Notes: generated from the sequence alone by a model not told the origin. A stretch of 64,000 nucleotides of DNA from Meiothermus sp. (GCA_033762915.1 JANRLD010000026.1:62633-126632), one strand, 5' to 3'; positions 19,320-29,549 are shown, counted from the first letter of the stretch. Program-made: numbers and translations.

Positions 19320-19400
19320 GCCTGCATGGTAGGGCGCGGGCGGTGAGATTACGGTTTTTTTGACCGTTATTTAGCAGGGGCAGGTTTTACCTTGGAGACT

Positions 19401-22400
19401 ATGCTTGGCCGATCCCGCACGACCGAACAGGTGCTCGAGAAAATCACCCAGTTTCACGAGGCCCTGTTGATCGAGCCCGGCCTAAGGCCCATGCTGCGCA
19501 ACCTGCTTAACGTGGCCATCCGGGGCCTGGGGGTCGAGCGGGCGGCGGTGTTCTTGTACCACGCCGACGACGACGAGCTGCGTGGGGAGGTGGGCACCGG
19601 GCAGGGCTCCAGCCATACCGTCTCGACCATCTCGGTGCCGCTGAGCCTCTCCGGCCCCATCCAGCAAGCCTTCTTTGGGCCCCGGGAGGGACTTGAGCTC
19701 GAGGACGAGCTTCTCATCCCCATCTATAGCAGCCCGGCCCCGGCCGAGGGGAGCCCCTTCTGCTGGAGCAACCCCGGCGCCCTCTGCAACCTCAATCCGC
19801 GCGTCGCTGGTTCTGAGCGTGCGGCCCGCTGCCCCGCCTGCCGCCACTTCGGCGGGGTCGTGGTGCTGGTGTTGCAGGGTTTCAACCCCGACCCCCAGAC
19901 CCGGCAACTGCTGCCCGTGCTGGCCCGCATGGTGTCGTTGGCGCTGCGCAATGCCCAGATGTACGACACTGCCCTCGACCACACCGCCAGGCTCTCCCAG
20001 CACACCCGCACCCTGGAGCTGGTCAACCGGATCTCCGGTACCCTGGTGGGCAACCTCGAGTTCAGACAGCTGTTGGAGGCCCTGGCCTGGGGTCTGTACC
20101 GCGACATGGGGTTCTACCGGGCTACCATCACGCTCAACCGGGGGGGCGTCCTCGAGGGCGTGCTCACCATCAAGGGCGGGCAGCTGTTCTGGACCGAGGG
20201 GTACAGCCGGGTCCAGTTCAAGATTCAAGACTCCGAAGACCCCTTTGCGCGGGCGGCCCGGGAGCGGCGGCCGCTGGTGGCCCGCCAGGCCCTGCCCCCC
20301 GAGGCCAGGACCTGCCAGATGGGCTTCGTCCCCATCCTCACCGAGGACGAGGTGCTGGGGGTGCTGGCGCTGGACCACGGCGACAGCTCGGCCGAGATCA
20401 CCGACGAAGACCTCCGCTACGTCCAGCTGATGAGCCACGTGGCCGGTGTGGCCCTCAAGAACGCCTTCGCCTTCGAGGAGCGCGAGCGGGCCAACCGGGC
20501 CCTCAGCCTCGAGCGCCAGAAGCTGCACCATGCCCTCGAACTGCTGGGCGACGCGGTGATCGTGCTCGAGGGGCCTCAGGGCTTCGCCAACCGCAAGGCA
20601 CAGGAGATCCTGGGGCTGGGCCAGCAGGTCAGCCTGCAGACCCTCCCCCCGGCCCTGCGCCCCGCGCTGGAGGGCAAGCCCCTGGAGTACTCCGCCGAGG
20701 GCCGCACCTTCTCGGCCCTGGGCACCCGCGACGGCCAGCTCTCGGTGCTGATCCTCCACGAGATCACTGCCATCCGCAAGGCCCAGCGCGGCCTCGAGGC
20801 CCAGAGCCGCTTCCTGGGGCTGCTGGCCAACATTACCCGCCAGGCCCTCGAGAGCCCCGACACCGCCCACCTCCTAAGCACCCTGTCGGCCCGCCTGACC
20901 GAGCTGTTCTCGGCCCACCAGGTCTACATCACCTTCTGGGACAGCTCCAAGCAGTCCTCGGTGCCGGTCTGGGCCAGCGGCTTCTCCGCCCAGGCTTACG
21001 CCAACTACCACACCGTGCCCGGCCAGCGCTCTTTCACCGAGTCGGCCCTGCGCCTGGGGCGGGTGCTGGCGGTCGAGGACGTCCGCACCACCGAGTACGC
21101 CGACTCCCAGGTGACCGGCGCGTTCCCCTCGGCCGCGGTGCTGGTGCTGCCGTTGATCGCCAAGTCGCGCTGGCTGGGCGCGGCCATCCTGGGGTACAAC
21201 CAGGTCCGGACCTTCTCCCAGAGCCAGCTCACCCAGGCCGAGCAGGCCGCCCCGTTGCTGGCCCTGGCCCTGCTCAAGACCCGCCTGCTCGAGGAGATTG
21301 AGCGCCGAGAGCGGCGCCTGAAGGCCCTGCTGGAGAACAACCAGGACGTGGTCTGTGTGGCCTCGGCCCGGGGGGTTTTGCAGTACGTAAGCCCCAACGT
21401 GCACAAGGTGTTCGGCTTCGACCCCGAGAACCACAACCGGGCGGAGGTCAGCGGCCTCGACTTCTTCCACCCCGGCGACCGCCTCGAGGCCCAGGCTCTG
21501 CTGGAGCAGGTGATCGCCCAGCCCAACGGCACCCGGGCCTCCGAGCTGCGCATTGTCGACGCCCAGGGGGTCGTCCGTCACGTCGACGTCTGGGCCCGCA
21601 ACCTGCTGGACGACCCCGACGTGGCCGGGGTGGCCTTCACCCTGCGGGACATCAGCGAGCGCCACCGGGCCCAGAACGCGCTGCGGGAGAGCGAGGCCCG
21701 GGTTCGGGCCATCCTGCAGGCCCTGCCCGACACGCTGTTCGTCTTCGGCACCGACGGGGTACTGCTGACCTTCCAGGGTCGGCGCGACCGGCTGCTGCCC
21801 GCTGGCCAGCAGCTGCTGGGCCGGCACATCCGCCAGATCTTCCCGGAGTCGGTGGCCGAGCCCGTCGAGGTTGCCCTGCGCGCGGTCGTGGCAAGCGGGG
21901 AGATGCACAACGTGGAGCTGGGCCTCGAGGCCGAGGGCGGCCGCCAGGACTACGAGGTCCGGCTGGCCCGAATCGGCGACGGGCAGATCCTGGCGGTGCT
22001 GCGCGACATCACCGAGCAGAAGCAGCTTGAGCGCATGAAGCGCGACTTCGTGTCGGCGGTCTCCCACGAGCTGCGCACCCCGCTGATGGGCATCCTGGGC
22101 TTTGCCGAGCTGCTGATCGAGGACCTAAAGCCCAACCCGGTCTCCCTGGAGTTCGCCCAGCTGATCCGCGAGAGCGGCCTGCGGCTGAAGAACATGGTGG
22201 ACAACCTGCTGGACACCAGCCGCCTCGAGGAGGGCTGGTTCGAGGTCAACCGGCGCCAAGTAGACCTCAGCCCGACCCTGCGCGAGGTGGCCGAGGCCTT
22301 TCTGGGGGTGGCCCAGCTGGACGGGATCAGCCTCGAGATCGAGCTCGAGCCCCTCCCGGTTCTGGCCGCCGACCCCGACCGCATCGGGCAGGTTGTGGGC

Positions 22401-22709
22401 AACCTGCTGTCCAACGCCTTTAAATTCACCCCCAGGGGGGGGCGCATCCTGATGCGGGGCTGGGCCGGGCCGGGGTGGCTGATGGTCGAGGTGCGCGACA
22501 GTGGGCCGGGCATCCCCGAAGAGCAGAGGGAGCGCCTGTTCCAGCGCTACGGCCGGACCCACACCGCCCTGGAGCGTGGCATGCGCGGCACCGGCCTGGG
22601 CCTCTACATCTCCAAGGCCATCGTCGAGGTCCACGAGGGCCGCATCGAGATCGACTCCCGGCCGGGGCAGGGGGCCTGCTTCAGGGTCTGCCTGCCGGTC
22701 CCGGATTGA
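19401..22709 (+). CDS. Multi-GAF/PAS cytoplasmic sensor histidine kinase
   Basis: GAF-like and PAS-like segments. SHELRTPL, NLLSNAFKF, DSGPGI and GTGLGL boxes. GGAG RBS before ATG 19401. Confidence 0.92.
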   Translation: MLGRSRTTEQVLEKITQFHEALLIEPGLRPMLRNLLNVAIRGLGVERAAVFLYHADDDELRGEVGTGQGSSHTVSTISVPLSLSGPIQQAFFGPREGLELEDELLIPIYSSPAPAEGSPFCWSNPGALCNLNPRVAGSERAARCPACRHFGGVVVLVLQGFNPDPQTRQLLPVLARMVSLALRNAQMYDTALDHTARLSQHTRTLELVNRISGTLVGNLEFRQLLEALAWGLYRDMGFYRATITLNRGGVLEGVLTIKGGQLFWTEGYSRVQFKIQDSEDPFARAARERRPLVARQALPPEARTCQMGFVPILTEDEVLGVLALDHGDSSAEITDEDLRYVQLMSHVAGVALKNAFAFEERERANRALSLERQKLHHALELLGDAVIVLEGPQGFANRKAQEILGLGQQVSLQTLPPALRPALEGKPLEYSAEGRTFSALGTRDGQLSVLILHEITAIRKAQRGLEAQSRFLGLLANITRQALESPDTAHLLSTLSARLTELFSAHQVYITFWDSSKQSSVPVWASGFSAQAYANYHTVPGQRSFTESALRLGRVLAVEDVRTTEYADSQVTGAFPSAAVLVLPLIAKSRWLGAAILGYNQVRTFSQSQLTQAEQAAPLLALALLKTRLLEEIERRERRLKALLENNQDVVCVASARGVLQYVSPNVHKVFGFDPENHNRAEVSGLDFFHPGDRLEAQALLEQVIAQPNGTRASELRIVDAQGVVRHVDVWARNLLDDPDVAGVAFTLRDISERHRAQNALRESEARVRAILQALPDTLFVFGTDGVLLTFQGRRDRLLPAGQQLLGRHIRQIFPESVAEPVEVALRAVVASGEMHNVELGLEAEGGRQDYEVRLARIGDGQILAVLRDITEQKQLERMKRDFVSAVSHELRTPLMGILGFAELLIEDLKPNPVSLEFAQLIRESGLRLKNMVDNLLDTSRLEEGWFEVNRRQVDLSPTLREVAEAFLGVAQLDGISLEIELEPLPVLAADPDRIGQVVGNLLSNAFKFTPRGGRILMRGWAGPGWLMVEVRDSGPGIPEEQRERLFQRYGRTHTALERGMRGTGLGLYISKAIVEVHEGRIEIDSRPGQGACFRVCLPVPD

Positions 22710-22721
22710 AGCGGCGCACCC

Positions 22722-23915
22722 TCACCTACGCTCCACGCTCAGGGCCTGCTGCTGGGCCCGTTCCAGGGCCTGCCTGGCGTTCTGCCCGCCCTGGATGGCG
22801 GCCTCGAGGCTCCTCTCGAGGGCGTCGTACCAGATCGTGGCTTCGGGATCGGAGATCCAGCGCTGGGCGTCGGGGATCTGGCTGAGGGCCACCCGACGGC
22901 GGGGGTCCTGGGCGTAGAAGGGCTCGAGCAGTGGCAGGGCGTTGCGGCGCATCGGCAGGGCGTAGGTCTCGCGCACCCAGCGGTTGATGTTGGCGGGCTC
23001 CATCATGTAGCGCCAGAAGGCCACCACCCCGCGTGCCTGGGCCTCGCTGGCCCCGCGGATCGCGGTGAGGGTGCCGCCGCCCAGGGGCACCTTGCCGCCC
23101 TCCACGCGGGGCATGGGGGCCACGCCCAGGCGGAAGGGGATGTTGGCCCGATCCACCACGGTGGGCCAGAGGGTGATGGGCGCGACCACCATCATGGCCT
23201 TGGTGCGGAGGAAGTCCACGATAGAGAACTGCAACTGGTCAATTGGGCGGCTCTGCGCCCAGCCCCGCTGCACCAGGGTCTGAAGGTACTCCAGCGCCGC
23301 CACCACCTTGGGTTCGGTGAAACTGGGCTTGCCGTCGGGGCCAATGATGCTGCCGCCCCAACTCATCACCAGGGCGCTGAAGCTGTAGATGTCGGAGGAG
23401 AGGATGTAGCCCCGCGCCGCCCGGCTGGTCAGCCGCTGGGCGGCGTTGGCCACGTCCTCCCAGGTGCGGGGGGGGTTGAGCCCCCGGGCACCGAACTGGT
23501 CGGCGTTGTAGAAGAAGACTGGGACCTGAAGCTCGACCGGTAAGGCCAAGGTGCGGCCCCGGAACTTCCCCACCTCCATCAGGTTGCCGTAGAGGTCGTC
23601 GGGCAGGCTGCCCAGGTAGGGGTCGAGGGGCACCGACAGGTTGTCGGCGAAGCTGCGGGCCACGAAGGAGACCTCGGCGTAGTACATGGCGGGCTGAGAG
23701 CCTGCGCGCAGCGCCGCCGCCAGCCGCACCCCGCCCTCGCGGATGTCGCCCACGTAGCGGGCCTCGATGCGGTAGTCGCGCTGGCGGGCGTTGAACTCCG
23801 CGACAAAGGTCTCCATCAGATCCCGTCCTGGCGGATCCATGGTGTGCCAGAAAGGAATCACCGTTTGGGCCACCCCGAGGCCCAGCCCTACCATCAATGC
23901 CAGAAGTCTTCGCAT
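22722..23915 (-). CDS. ABC transporter substrate-binding protein (UgpB/carbohydrate class), no adjacent permease
   Basis: Signal peptide, FWHTM, FFYNAD, PPRTWED. Confidence 0.85.
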   Translation of the reverse strand: MRRLLALMVGLGLGVAQTVIPFWHTMDPPGRDLMETFVAEFNARQRDYRIEARYVGDIREGGVRLAAALRAGSQPAMYYAEVSFVARSFADNLSVPLDPYLGSLPDDLYGNLMEVGKFRGRTLALPVELQVPVFFYNADQFGARGLNPPRTWEDVANAAQRLTSRAARGYILSSDIYSFSALVMSWGGSIIGPDGKPSFTEPKVVAALEYLQTLVQRGWAQSRPIDQLQFSIVDFLRTKAMMVVAPITLWPTVVDRANIPFRLGVAPMPRVEGGKVPLGGGTLTAIRGASEAQARGVVAFWRYMMEPANINRWVRETYALPMRRNALPLLEPFYAQDPRRRVALSQIPDAQRWISDPEATIWYDALERSLEAAIQGGQNARQALERAQQQALSVERR

Positions 23916-23987
23916 AGATTCGCAGTTACCTCATACCAGAAGGTAGCACGTTTGTGTAAATCGTACATGTAGAGCGGCTGAACCGCC

Positions 23988-24872
23988 CTACATGCCACCC
24001 TGGGCCGCCCTGGGCCGTACCACTCCGCTCACCAGGGCCACGCTCAGCAGGATCAGGGCCATGCCCGCCGCGATGCTCCAGGTGAAGGGCTCGCGCAGGA
24101 ACACCACCCCGAACAGCACCCCGAACATCGGAACCAGGAAGCCCACGCTCGAGGCCTGCAACGGCCCTACCTGCTCGATCAGGTAGAAGTACAGCAGGTT
24201 GGCCATGGCTGTCGCTAGGACGGTGATGCCCAGCAGGGCCAGCCAAGCCTCGAGGGGCGGGGGCTGGCTGGGCAGGGTGAAGGCGCTCGGCGGCACGAAC
24301 AGCGCCGCGCCCATCAGGAGCTGCCCCGTCACGATGCCCAGCAGCGGCGCGCCGTCGCTGGCCCGTTTGGTGTAGACGTTGCTGAAGGCGAAGCAGACCG
24401 AGGCCAACAGCATGGCCGCGATGCCCAGCCAGGCCTCGAGGGTCAGGGGCACCGGGCTCCACCCCACCAGCACCACCACCCCCAGGAGTCCCACCGCCAT
24501 GCCCGCCAGCCGCACCGGCGTGAGCCGCTCGCCCAGTATCCACAGCGCCAGCAGCGCCGACAGCGGCACCGTGGTGGAGTTGATGATGGTGGCAAAAGAG
24601 GCCCCGATGTGCTGCACCGAGTAGGCGATCATGGCGAAGGGGATGGCGGCGTTGGTCGCCCCCAGCACCAGGTACAGCTTCCAGTGCTTGCGCCACTCGA
24701 GGCCCCGCCCCAGCCAGGCCGCCCAGCCCAGCAGCAACAGACCCGCCAGCAGCAGGCGCATCTCTACCAGCACGATGGGGCCGAAGTAAGGGGCGGCGAC
24801 GCGGTTGAGGGCGAAGCCCCCACCCCAGATGATGCTGGCGCTGAGCAGGGCGGCGATGTGTATGGGCTGCAT
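23988..24872 (-). CDS. DMT/EamA-family transporter
   Basis: About 10 TM helices; IWGGGF, LGERL, FLREP. Confidence 0.9.
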   Translation of the reverse strand: MQPIHIAALLSASIIWGGGFALNRVAAPYFGPIVLVEMRLLLAGLLLLGWAAWLGRGLEWRKHWKLYLVLGATNAAIPFAMIAYSVQHIGASFATIINSTTVPLSALLALWILGERLTPVRLAGMAVGLLGVVVLVGWSPVPLTLEAWLGIAAMLLASVCFAFSNVYTKRASDGAPLLGIVTGQLLMGAALFVPPSAFTLPSQPPPLEAWLALLGITVLATAMANLLYFYLIEQVGPLQASSVGFLVPMFGVLFGVVFLREPFTWSIAAGMALILLSVALVSGVVRPRAAQGGM

Positions 24873-25097
24873 AAGCGCCAAAGCTTACCACTCTGGACGA
24901 CGGCCCGTCCGCGCGGCCGAGGGTTGGGGTCAAATCTCAACCCCCGGCACCCCCTACATTCTGTCACCGCAAGGGCGGTGGGCCTCTATTGGCCCTACCC
25001 CCTTTGTCTTAGTCCCTCATTTGCCCCTAGGGTAATCAGCTAAAATGATGCTACAGACTACCCTTAGCCTGTCGTGCTTTGCGCACCTGGAGATGCT

Positions 25098-26915
25098 ATG
25101 AGTGTTTTGGAACCCGCCCAGCGGTCGCCGCTTCCGTCCGTCGTTAATGATTTTTCCCTGGTCGTCGCCACCGCCAACGGCACCGGAAGTCAGACCGCCA
25201 ACCTCACGTTGTTGCGGTCTTTTTTTAAGCTCGGCATTCCGGTCCACGGCAAGAACATCTTCCCCTCCAACATTCAGGGTCTGCCCACCTGGTATCACAT
25301 CCGGGTGAGCCACGAGGGCTACATCGCCCGGCTGCCCTCGGAAATCCTGGTGGCCTACAACCCTGCCACCGCCGCCGAAGACATCCACAACCTCCCGGCG
25401 GGCGGGGTCTGCGTGGTCAGCGAGGAGATTAAGGGCATTCCCCAGCGCGCCGACATCACCTACTACAAGGTTCCCACCCAGGCCCTGATGGCCGGGGTGG
25501 ATGTGCCGGTCAAGCGCAAGCCCTACATCGCCAACATGGTCTACGTGGGCGTGGTGGCCTGGATGCTCGAGATCCCCCTGGAGGTCATCGAAGAGGCCCT
25601 GGCCGCGCAGTTTGGCTACCGCCAGAAGCTGGTCGAGACCAACCTCCAGGTGGTCTTTAAGGCCCACGCCTGGGCCACCGAGAACCTCAAGAAGCAAGAC
25701 CCCTACCGCGTCGTCCCGATGGACCGCACCGAGGGCCTGATCGTGATGACGGGCAACGAGGCGGGGGCGCTGGGCGCGGTGTTCGGCGGGGTCAGTGTGG
25801 CGGCCTGGTATCCCATCACCCCCTCTACCAGCTTCATGGACGCGCTGCGCGAGTTCCTGCCCCGGCTGCGCAAGGACGAGGGCGGCAGCCCCACCTACAG
25901 CGTGGTGCAGGCCGAGGACGAGCTGGCCGCTATCGGGATGGTGCTGGGCGCGGGCTGGGCGGGGGCCAGGGCGCTCACCTCCACCAGTGGCCCGGGCGTC
26001 AGCCTGATGGGCGAGTTCGTCGGCTACGGCTACTTCACCGAGATCCCGGCGGTGATCTGGGACATCCAGCGGGTCGGTCCCAGCACCGGCCTGCCCACCC
26101 GTACCTGCCAGGGCGACTTGACCTTCGCCTACTATCTGGGCCACGGCGACACCAAGCACCCCATTTTGCTGCCGTCTTCCATCGAGGAGTGCTTCGAGTT
26201 CGGCTGGAAGTCGCTTGACTTGGCCGACCAGCTCCAGACCCCGGTCTTCGTGCTCTCCGACCTGGACCTGGGCATGAACAACTGGATGGGCAAGCCCTTC
26301 GACTACCCCGACCGCCCAATCCAGCGCGGCAAGGTGCTGACGGCCGAGCAGCTCGAGGCCCAGGGCGGTTTCGCCCGCTACAAGGACGTGGACGGCGACG
26401 GCATCCCCTACCGTACCCTGCCCGGCACCAACCACCCCAAGGCAGCCTATTTCACCCGTGGCTCGGGCCACAACGAGAACGCCCAGTACAGCGAGCGGTC
26501 GGAGGACTGGGAGCGCAACATGGATCGGCTGGCCCGCAAGTTCGAGACCGCCCGCACCTTGGTGCCCGCCCCCGCCGCCGAGCTGAACCCCTCGGCCAAG
26601 GTGGGCATCATCGCCTACGGCACCACCCGCTACGCCATCGAGGAGGCTCGAGACCGCCTGGCCCAGAGCCTCCCCACCAGCTTCCTGCGTCTGCGGGCGC
26701 TGCCCATCAACGACGAGGTGCGCCGCTTTGTGGAGGCCCATGAGCGGGTCTACGTGATCGAGCTCAACCGCGACGGCCAGATGTACGGCATCCTGCAGAC
26801 CGAACTCCCCGACCTCGCCACCAAGCTCCACTCCATCGCCCACCTCGACGGCCTGCCCCTCACCGCCCAGTGGGTGCAGGAGCGGCTGCTGAGGGAGGAG
26901 GGCGACAAGGGTTAG
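25098..26915 (+). CDS. 2-oxoacid:acceptor (ferredoxin) oxidoreductase alpha subunit
   Basis: NGTGSQTAN, YPITPS, QAEDELAA, TSTSGPG, QRVGPSTGLPT. Confidence 0.95.
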   Translation: MSVLEPAQRSPLPSVVNDFSLVVATANGTGSQTANLTLLRSFFKLGIPVHGKNIFPSNIQGLPTWYHIRVSHEGYIARLPSEILVAYNPATAAEDIHNLPAGGVCVVSEEIKGIPQRADITYYKVPTQALMAGVDVPVKRKPYIANMVYVGVVAWMLEIPLEVIEEALAAQFGYRQKLVETNLQVVFKAHAWATENLKKQDPYRVVPMDRTEGLIVMTGNEAGALGAVFGGVSVAAWYPITPSTSFMDALREFLPRLRKDEGGSPTYSVVQAEDELAAIGMVLGAGWAGARALTSTSGPGVSLMGEFVGYGYFTEIPAVIWDIQRVGPSTGLPTRTCQGDLTFAYYLGHGDTKHPILLPSSIEECFEFGWKSLDLADQLQTPVFVLSDLDLGMNNWMGKPFDYPDRPIQRGKVLTAEQLEAQGGFARYKDVDGDGIPYRTLPGTNHPKAAYFTRGSGHNENAQYSERSEDWERNMDRLARKFETARTLVPAPAAELNPSAKVGIIAYGTTRYAIEEARDRLAQSLPTSFLRLRALPINDEVRRFVEAHERVYVIELNRDGQMYGILQTELPDLATKLHSIAHLDGLPLTAQWVQERLLREEGDKG

Positions 26916-26922
26916 GCCGTTC

Positions 26923-26949
26923 GTAGGGGCCGTCCCTTGTGGCGGCTCT
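26923..26949. repeat. Degenerate GTAG-type REP-like hairpin
   Basis: GTAGGGGCCGTC-ccttgt-GGCGGCTCT between the alpha and beta genes. Confidence 0.35.
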
Positions 26950-27008
26950 CCCGCTCCGCGTTGTTCTACCCTCTGCGATGTGCCCTCTGACCACTCAAAG
27001 GAACCCCA

Positions 27009-28058
27009 ATGGAAGCCCCCACCCCCACTCCCACCCCCCTAATCAAGCTCAACGAGATCGGTCTGGCGAAAAAGGACTACGATGGCGTGGCCAGCACGCT
27101 GTGCAAGGGCTGCGGGCACAACAGCATCTCGAGCCAAATCGTGCAGATCGGCTTCGAGCTGAACCTGCGGCCCCACGAAATCATCAAGCTCTCGGGCATT
27201 GGCTGCTCGTCGAAGTCGCCGGCCTACTTCCTGGGCCTGTCCCACGGCTTCAACACCCTGCACGGGCGGATGCCCAGCGTGAGCACCGGGGCGCTGCTGG
27301 CCAACCACACCCTGCGGGCCATCGGGGTCTCCGGCGACGGCGATACCGGCAGCATCGGGATGGGCCAGTTCAAGCACCTGATGCGCCGCAACGTGCGGAT
27401 GGTCTACATCGTGGAGAACAACGGCGTTTACGGCCTGACCAAGGGCCAGTTCTCGGCCACCGCCGAGGAGGGCCTCGAGCTTAAGTACGCCGGCCACAAC
27501 GACTTTCCCCAGGTCGACCTTTGCATGGAGGCCATAATTGCCGGTTGCGGTTTTGTGGCCCGCAGCTTCGCGGGCGACGCCAAGCAGGTGCGCGAGCTGA
27601 TCAAGGCGGCCCTCTCGCACCGGGGCACGGCGGTGCTGGACATCATCAGCCCCTGCGTGACCTTCAACAACGAGGACGACAGCCACAAGAGCTACGGCTA
27701 CGGCACCAAGAACGAGAAGCCCCTGCACGAGTTGGGCTTCATCCCCTACGCCGAGGAGATCGTCATCGAGCCCCAGCAGCCCGGCAGCCATACCACCGTG
27801 CGGCTACACGACGGCTCGTACATCAGCCTGAAGAGCCTCGAGCACACCTACGACCCCACCGACAAGCTGGCCGCCCTACAGCGCCTGCAAACCGCCCAGG
27901 ACACCGGGGAGTTCATCACCGGGCTGATCTACTACAATCCCGACCGCCCCAACCTGGCCGAGGTCGAGGAACTCGACACCCCGCTCTCGAGGCTGAGCGA
28001 CGGGCAGTTGCGGCCAACGCCGGAGAAGCTCGAGCAGTTCTTGCAGGGGTATAGATAG
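27009..28058 (+). CDS. 2-oxoacid:ferredoxin oxidoreductase beta subunit
   Basis: CKGCGH, SGIGCSS, HGR, and TPP motif GDGD...NNGVYGLTKGQ. Confidence 0.95.
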   Translation: MEAPTPTPTPLIKLNEIGLAKKDYDGVASTLCKGCGHNSISSQIVQIGFELNLRPHEIIKLSGIGCSSKSPAYFLGLSHGFNTLHGRMPSVSTGALLANHTLRAIGVSGDGDTGSIGMGQFKHLMRRNVRMVYIVENNGVYGLTKGQFSATAEEGLELKYAGHNDFPQVDLCMEAIIAGCGFVARSFAGDAKQVRELIKAALSHRGTAVLDIISPCVTFNNEDDSHKSYGYGTKNEKPLHELGFIPYAEEIVIEPQQPGSHTTVRLHDGSYISLKSLEHTYDPTDKLAALQRLQTAQDTGEFITGLIYYNPDRPNLAEVEELDTPLSRLSDGQLRPTPEKLEQFLQGYR

Positions 28059-28086
28059 GGTCGATGCTTCTTCGTAGTGGAAAAAG

Positions 28087-28947
28087 CTACTTGAGTTTCA
28101 CTGCCTGCGCCGACTTAATCACTGCTTCAAGGTCTGGTTGCTTTACACCCTCAGTGATGTAAAAGTTGGCAGTAAAAAGCATTCGCTCGAGACTCAAAGT
28201 AGGTTCAGACCATTTGATCAAACATGGTCGTATGTATTTTTGGTGCCATTCATCCAACATGGGTCTGGGTTTGTCGCGTGTTGTATTCAACAAAAAACCT
28301 GCTGCTGTGTAGGCCGCAAAATCAGGCAAAGTTAGTAGCGTGTGGCGGCGACTGTCCCTGTAAAAAGGAGCCTCGAGAATTTTCTCCAGTAAACCCGCAA
28401 CCCTCCATGCCCTATACGTATCTAGCGCTGCAAAATGCTCAAAATCTTTGTGCTGATCGGCTATTAGCATTGCGTATGAATTCTGCTCACGGAGGAATAA
28501 ATCTAAATCATATAGAACCTGAGGGAACTGTCCCAAATACATTGTCTGTGTAGCCTCTCCTCGTTCGGCTGCTTCGCGTTGACCGGTAGTTCCTTCAAGT
28601 AGATTCCTTTTATGCTTGGCACGATCCATATACCTTACGTGATATAAGACATTAGCATTCTGGGCTGCCTGAAGTATCTTTTCGATCCAGCCAAATGATT
28701 GCTCGACGCTCATGCGATTTTTGTACGGGCCAGTACGCTGATAAAGATCAACCATATGAAGGCGATGCGTTTCTGGCAGCGCTAAATTGCGTTTGATCTC
28801 GAGGGAGATTTCGATCAACTCACCTTCTAGTTGAAGCCAGTTTGTGTTGGCTGGAACAAGTGCGGCTGCGAGTGCAAATAGAGGATGTGAAGCCTCGTCT
28901 AGACGATTGCTTGAGTCTCCGAACTCGTCTAAATAAATGATGTACAT
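28087..28947 (-). CDS. DUF3800-family protein (RNase H-like fold), low GC
   Basis: IYLDEFG start, LH motif, LIAD, and DSRRHTLLTLPDFAAY (variant of DS...QxAD). Markedly AT-richer than its neighbours. Confidence 0.75.
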   Translation of the reverse strand: MYIIYLDEFGDSSNRLDEASHPLFALAAALVPANTNWLQLEGELIEISLEIKRNLALPETHRLHMVDLYQRTGPYKNRMSVEQSFGWIEKILQAAQNANVLYHVRYMDRAKHKRNLLEGTTGQREAAERGEATQTMYLGQFPQVLYDLDLFLREQNSYAMLIADQHKDFEHFAALDTYRAWRVAGLLEKILEAPFYRDSRRHTLLTLPDFAAYTAAGFLLNTTRDKPRPMLDEWHQKYIRPCLIKWSEPTLSLERMLFTANFYITEGVKQPDLEAVIKSAQAVKLK

Positions 28948-29036
28948 GAGTTTCCTTTGGCTATTGTTTACTGCTTATAAGAATACGGCAACTATGTGAA
29001 CTTGGTTGATTCTGAGCCCAGAACAACTACTTTTCC

Positions 29037-29549
29037 CTATGCATTTCGGTTCAACTCATACCGAAAACAATCCATCCCGAAGTAGTTGGTGCGTAGGGTC
29101 TGCCGCATCCCCAGCTTTTCCAGCACTCGCTGTGAAGCTAGGTTCTCCGGGTGGACGATGCCCACGATGCCGGAAAAGTTGTGCTCCTCGAGGCCGTACT
29201 GCAGGGCGGCCTTGGCGGCCTCGGTGGCGAAGCCCTGGCCCCAAAAAGGCTTGCCCAGCAGGAAGTCGATCTCGGTCTCGGCGGTGTCCTGGATGTAGAG
29301 CAAACCACAGCGGCCCATCAGCTCGCCCGTGGCCCGAAGCTCCACCGCCCAGTCGCCGTAGCCGCGCTGCTGCCAGTGGCTCTGGAACCAGCCGATCATG
29401 CCCTCGACGCGCTCGAGCGAGGGCGGTTCGGAGCTGGGGAAGTACCTCAGCACGCCCTCCTCGGCCATCACGCGGCGCATGGCCTCGGCGTCGGTGGCCT
29501 CAAAGCCCCGCAGCCGTAGGCGGGGGGTCAGGAGTTCGGGGACGGTCAT
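29037..29549 (-). CDS. GNAT N-acetyltransferase (RimJ/RimL family)
   Basis: TPRLRLR, WGQGFATEA, NLASQRVLEKLG. Confidence 0.92.
   Translation of the reverse strand: MTVPELLTPRLRLRGFEATDAEAMRRVMAEEGVLRYFPSSEPPSLERVEGMIGWFQSHWQQRGYGDWAVELRATGELMGRCGLLYIQDTAETEIDFLLGKPFWGQGFATEAAKAALQYGLEEHNFSGIVGIVHPENLASQRVLEKLGMRQTLRTNYFGMDCFRYELNRNA

Noticed and set aside
25017..26843. Long antisense ORFs (608 aa here; also 43193..44977, 49128..50672, 7206..8642, 19482..20870)
   Set aside because: They mirror well-supported genes on the opposite strand. Such shadows are expected in high-GC DNA and they have no recognisable motifs.
28059..28086. DUF3800-associated ncRNA downstream of the gene
   Set aside because: Only 28 nt separate it from the convergent gene and no clear structure is visible. 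Not excluded without a covariance search.
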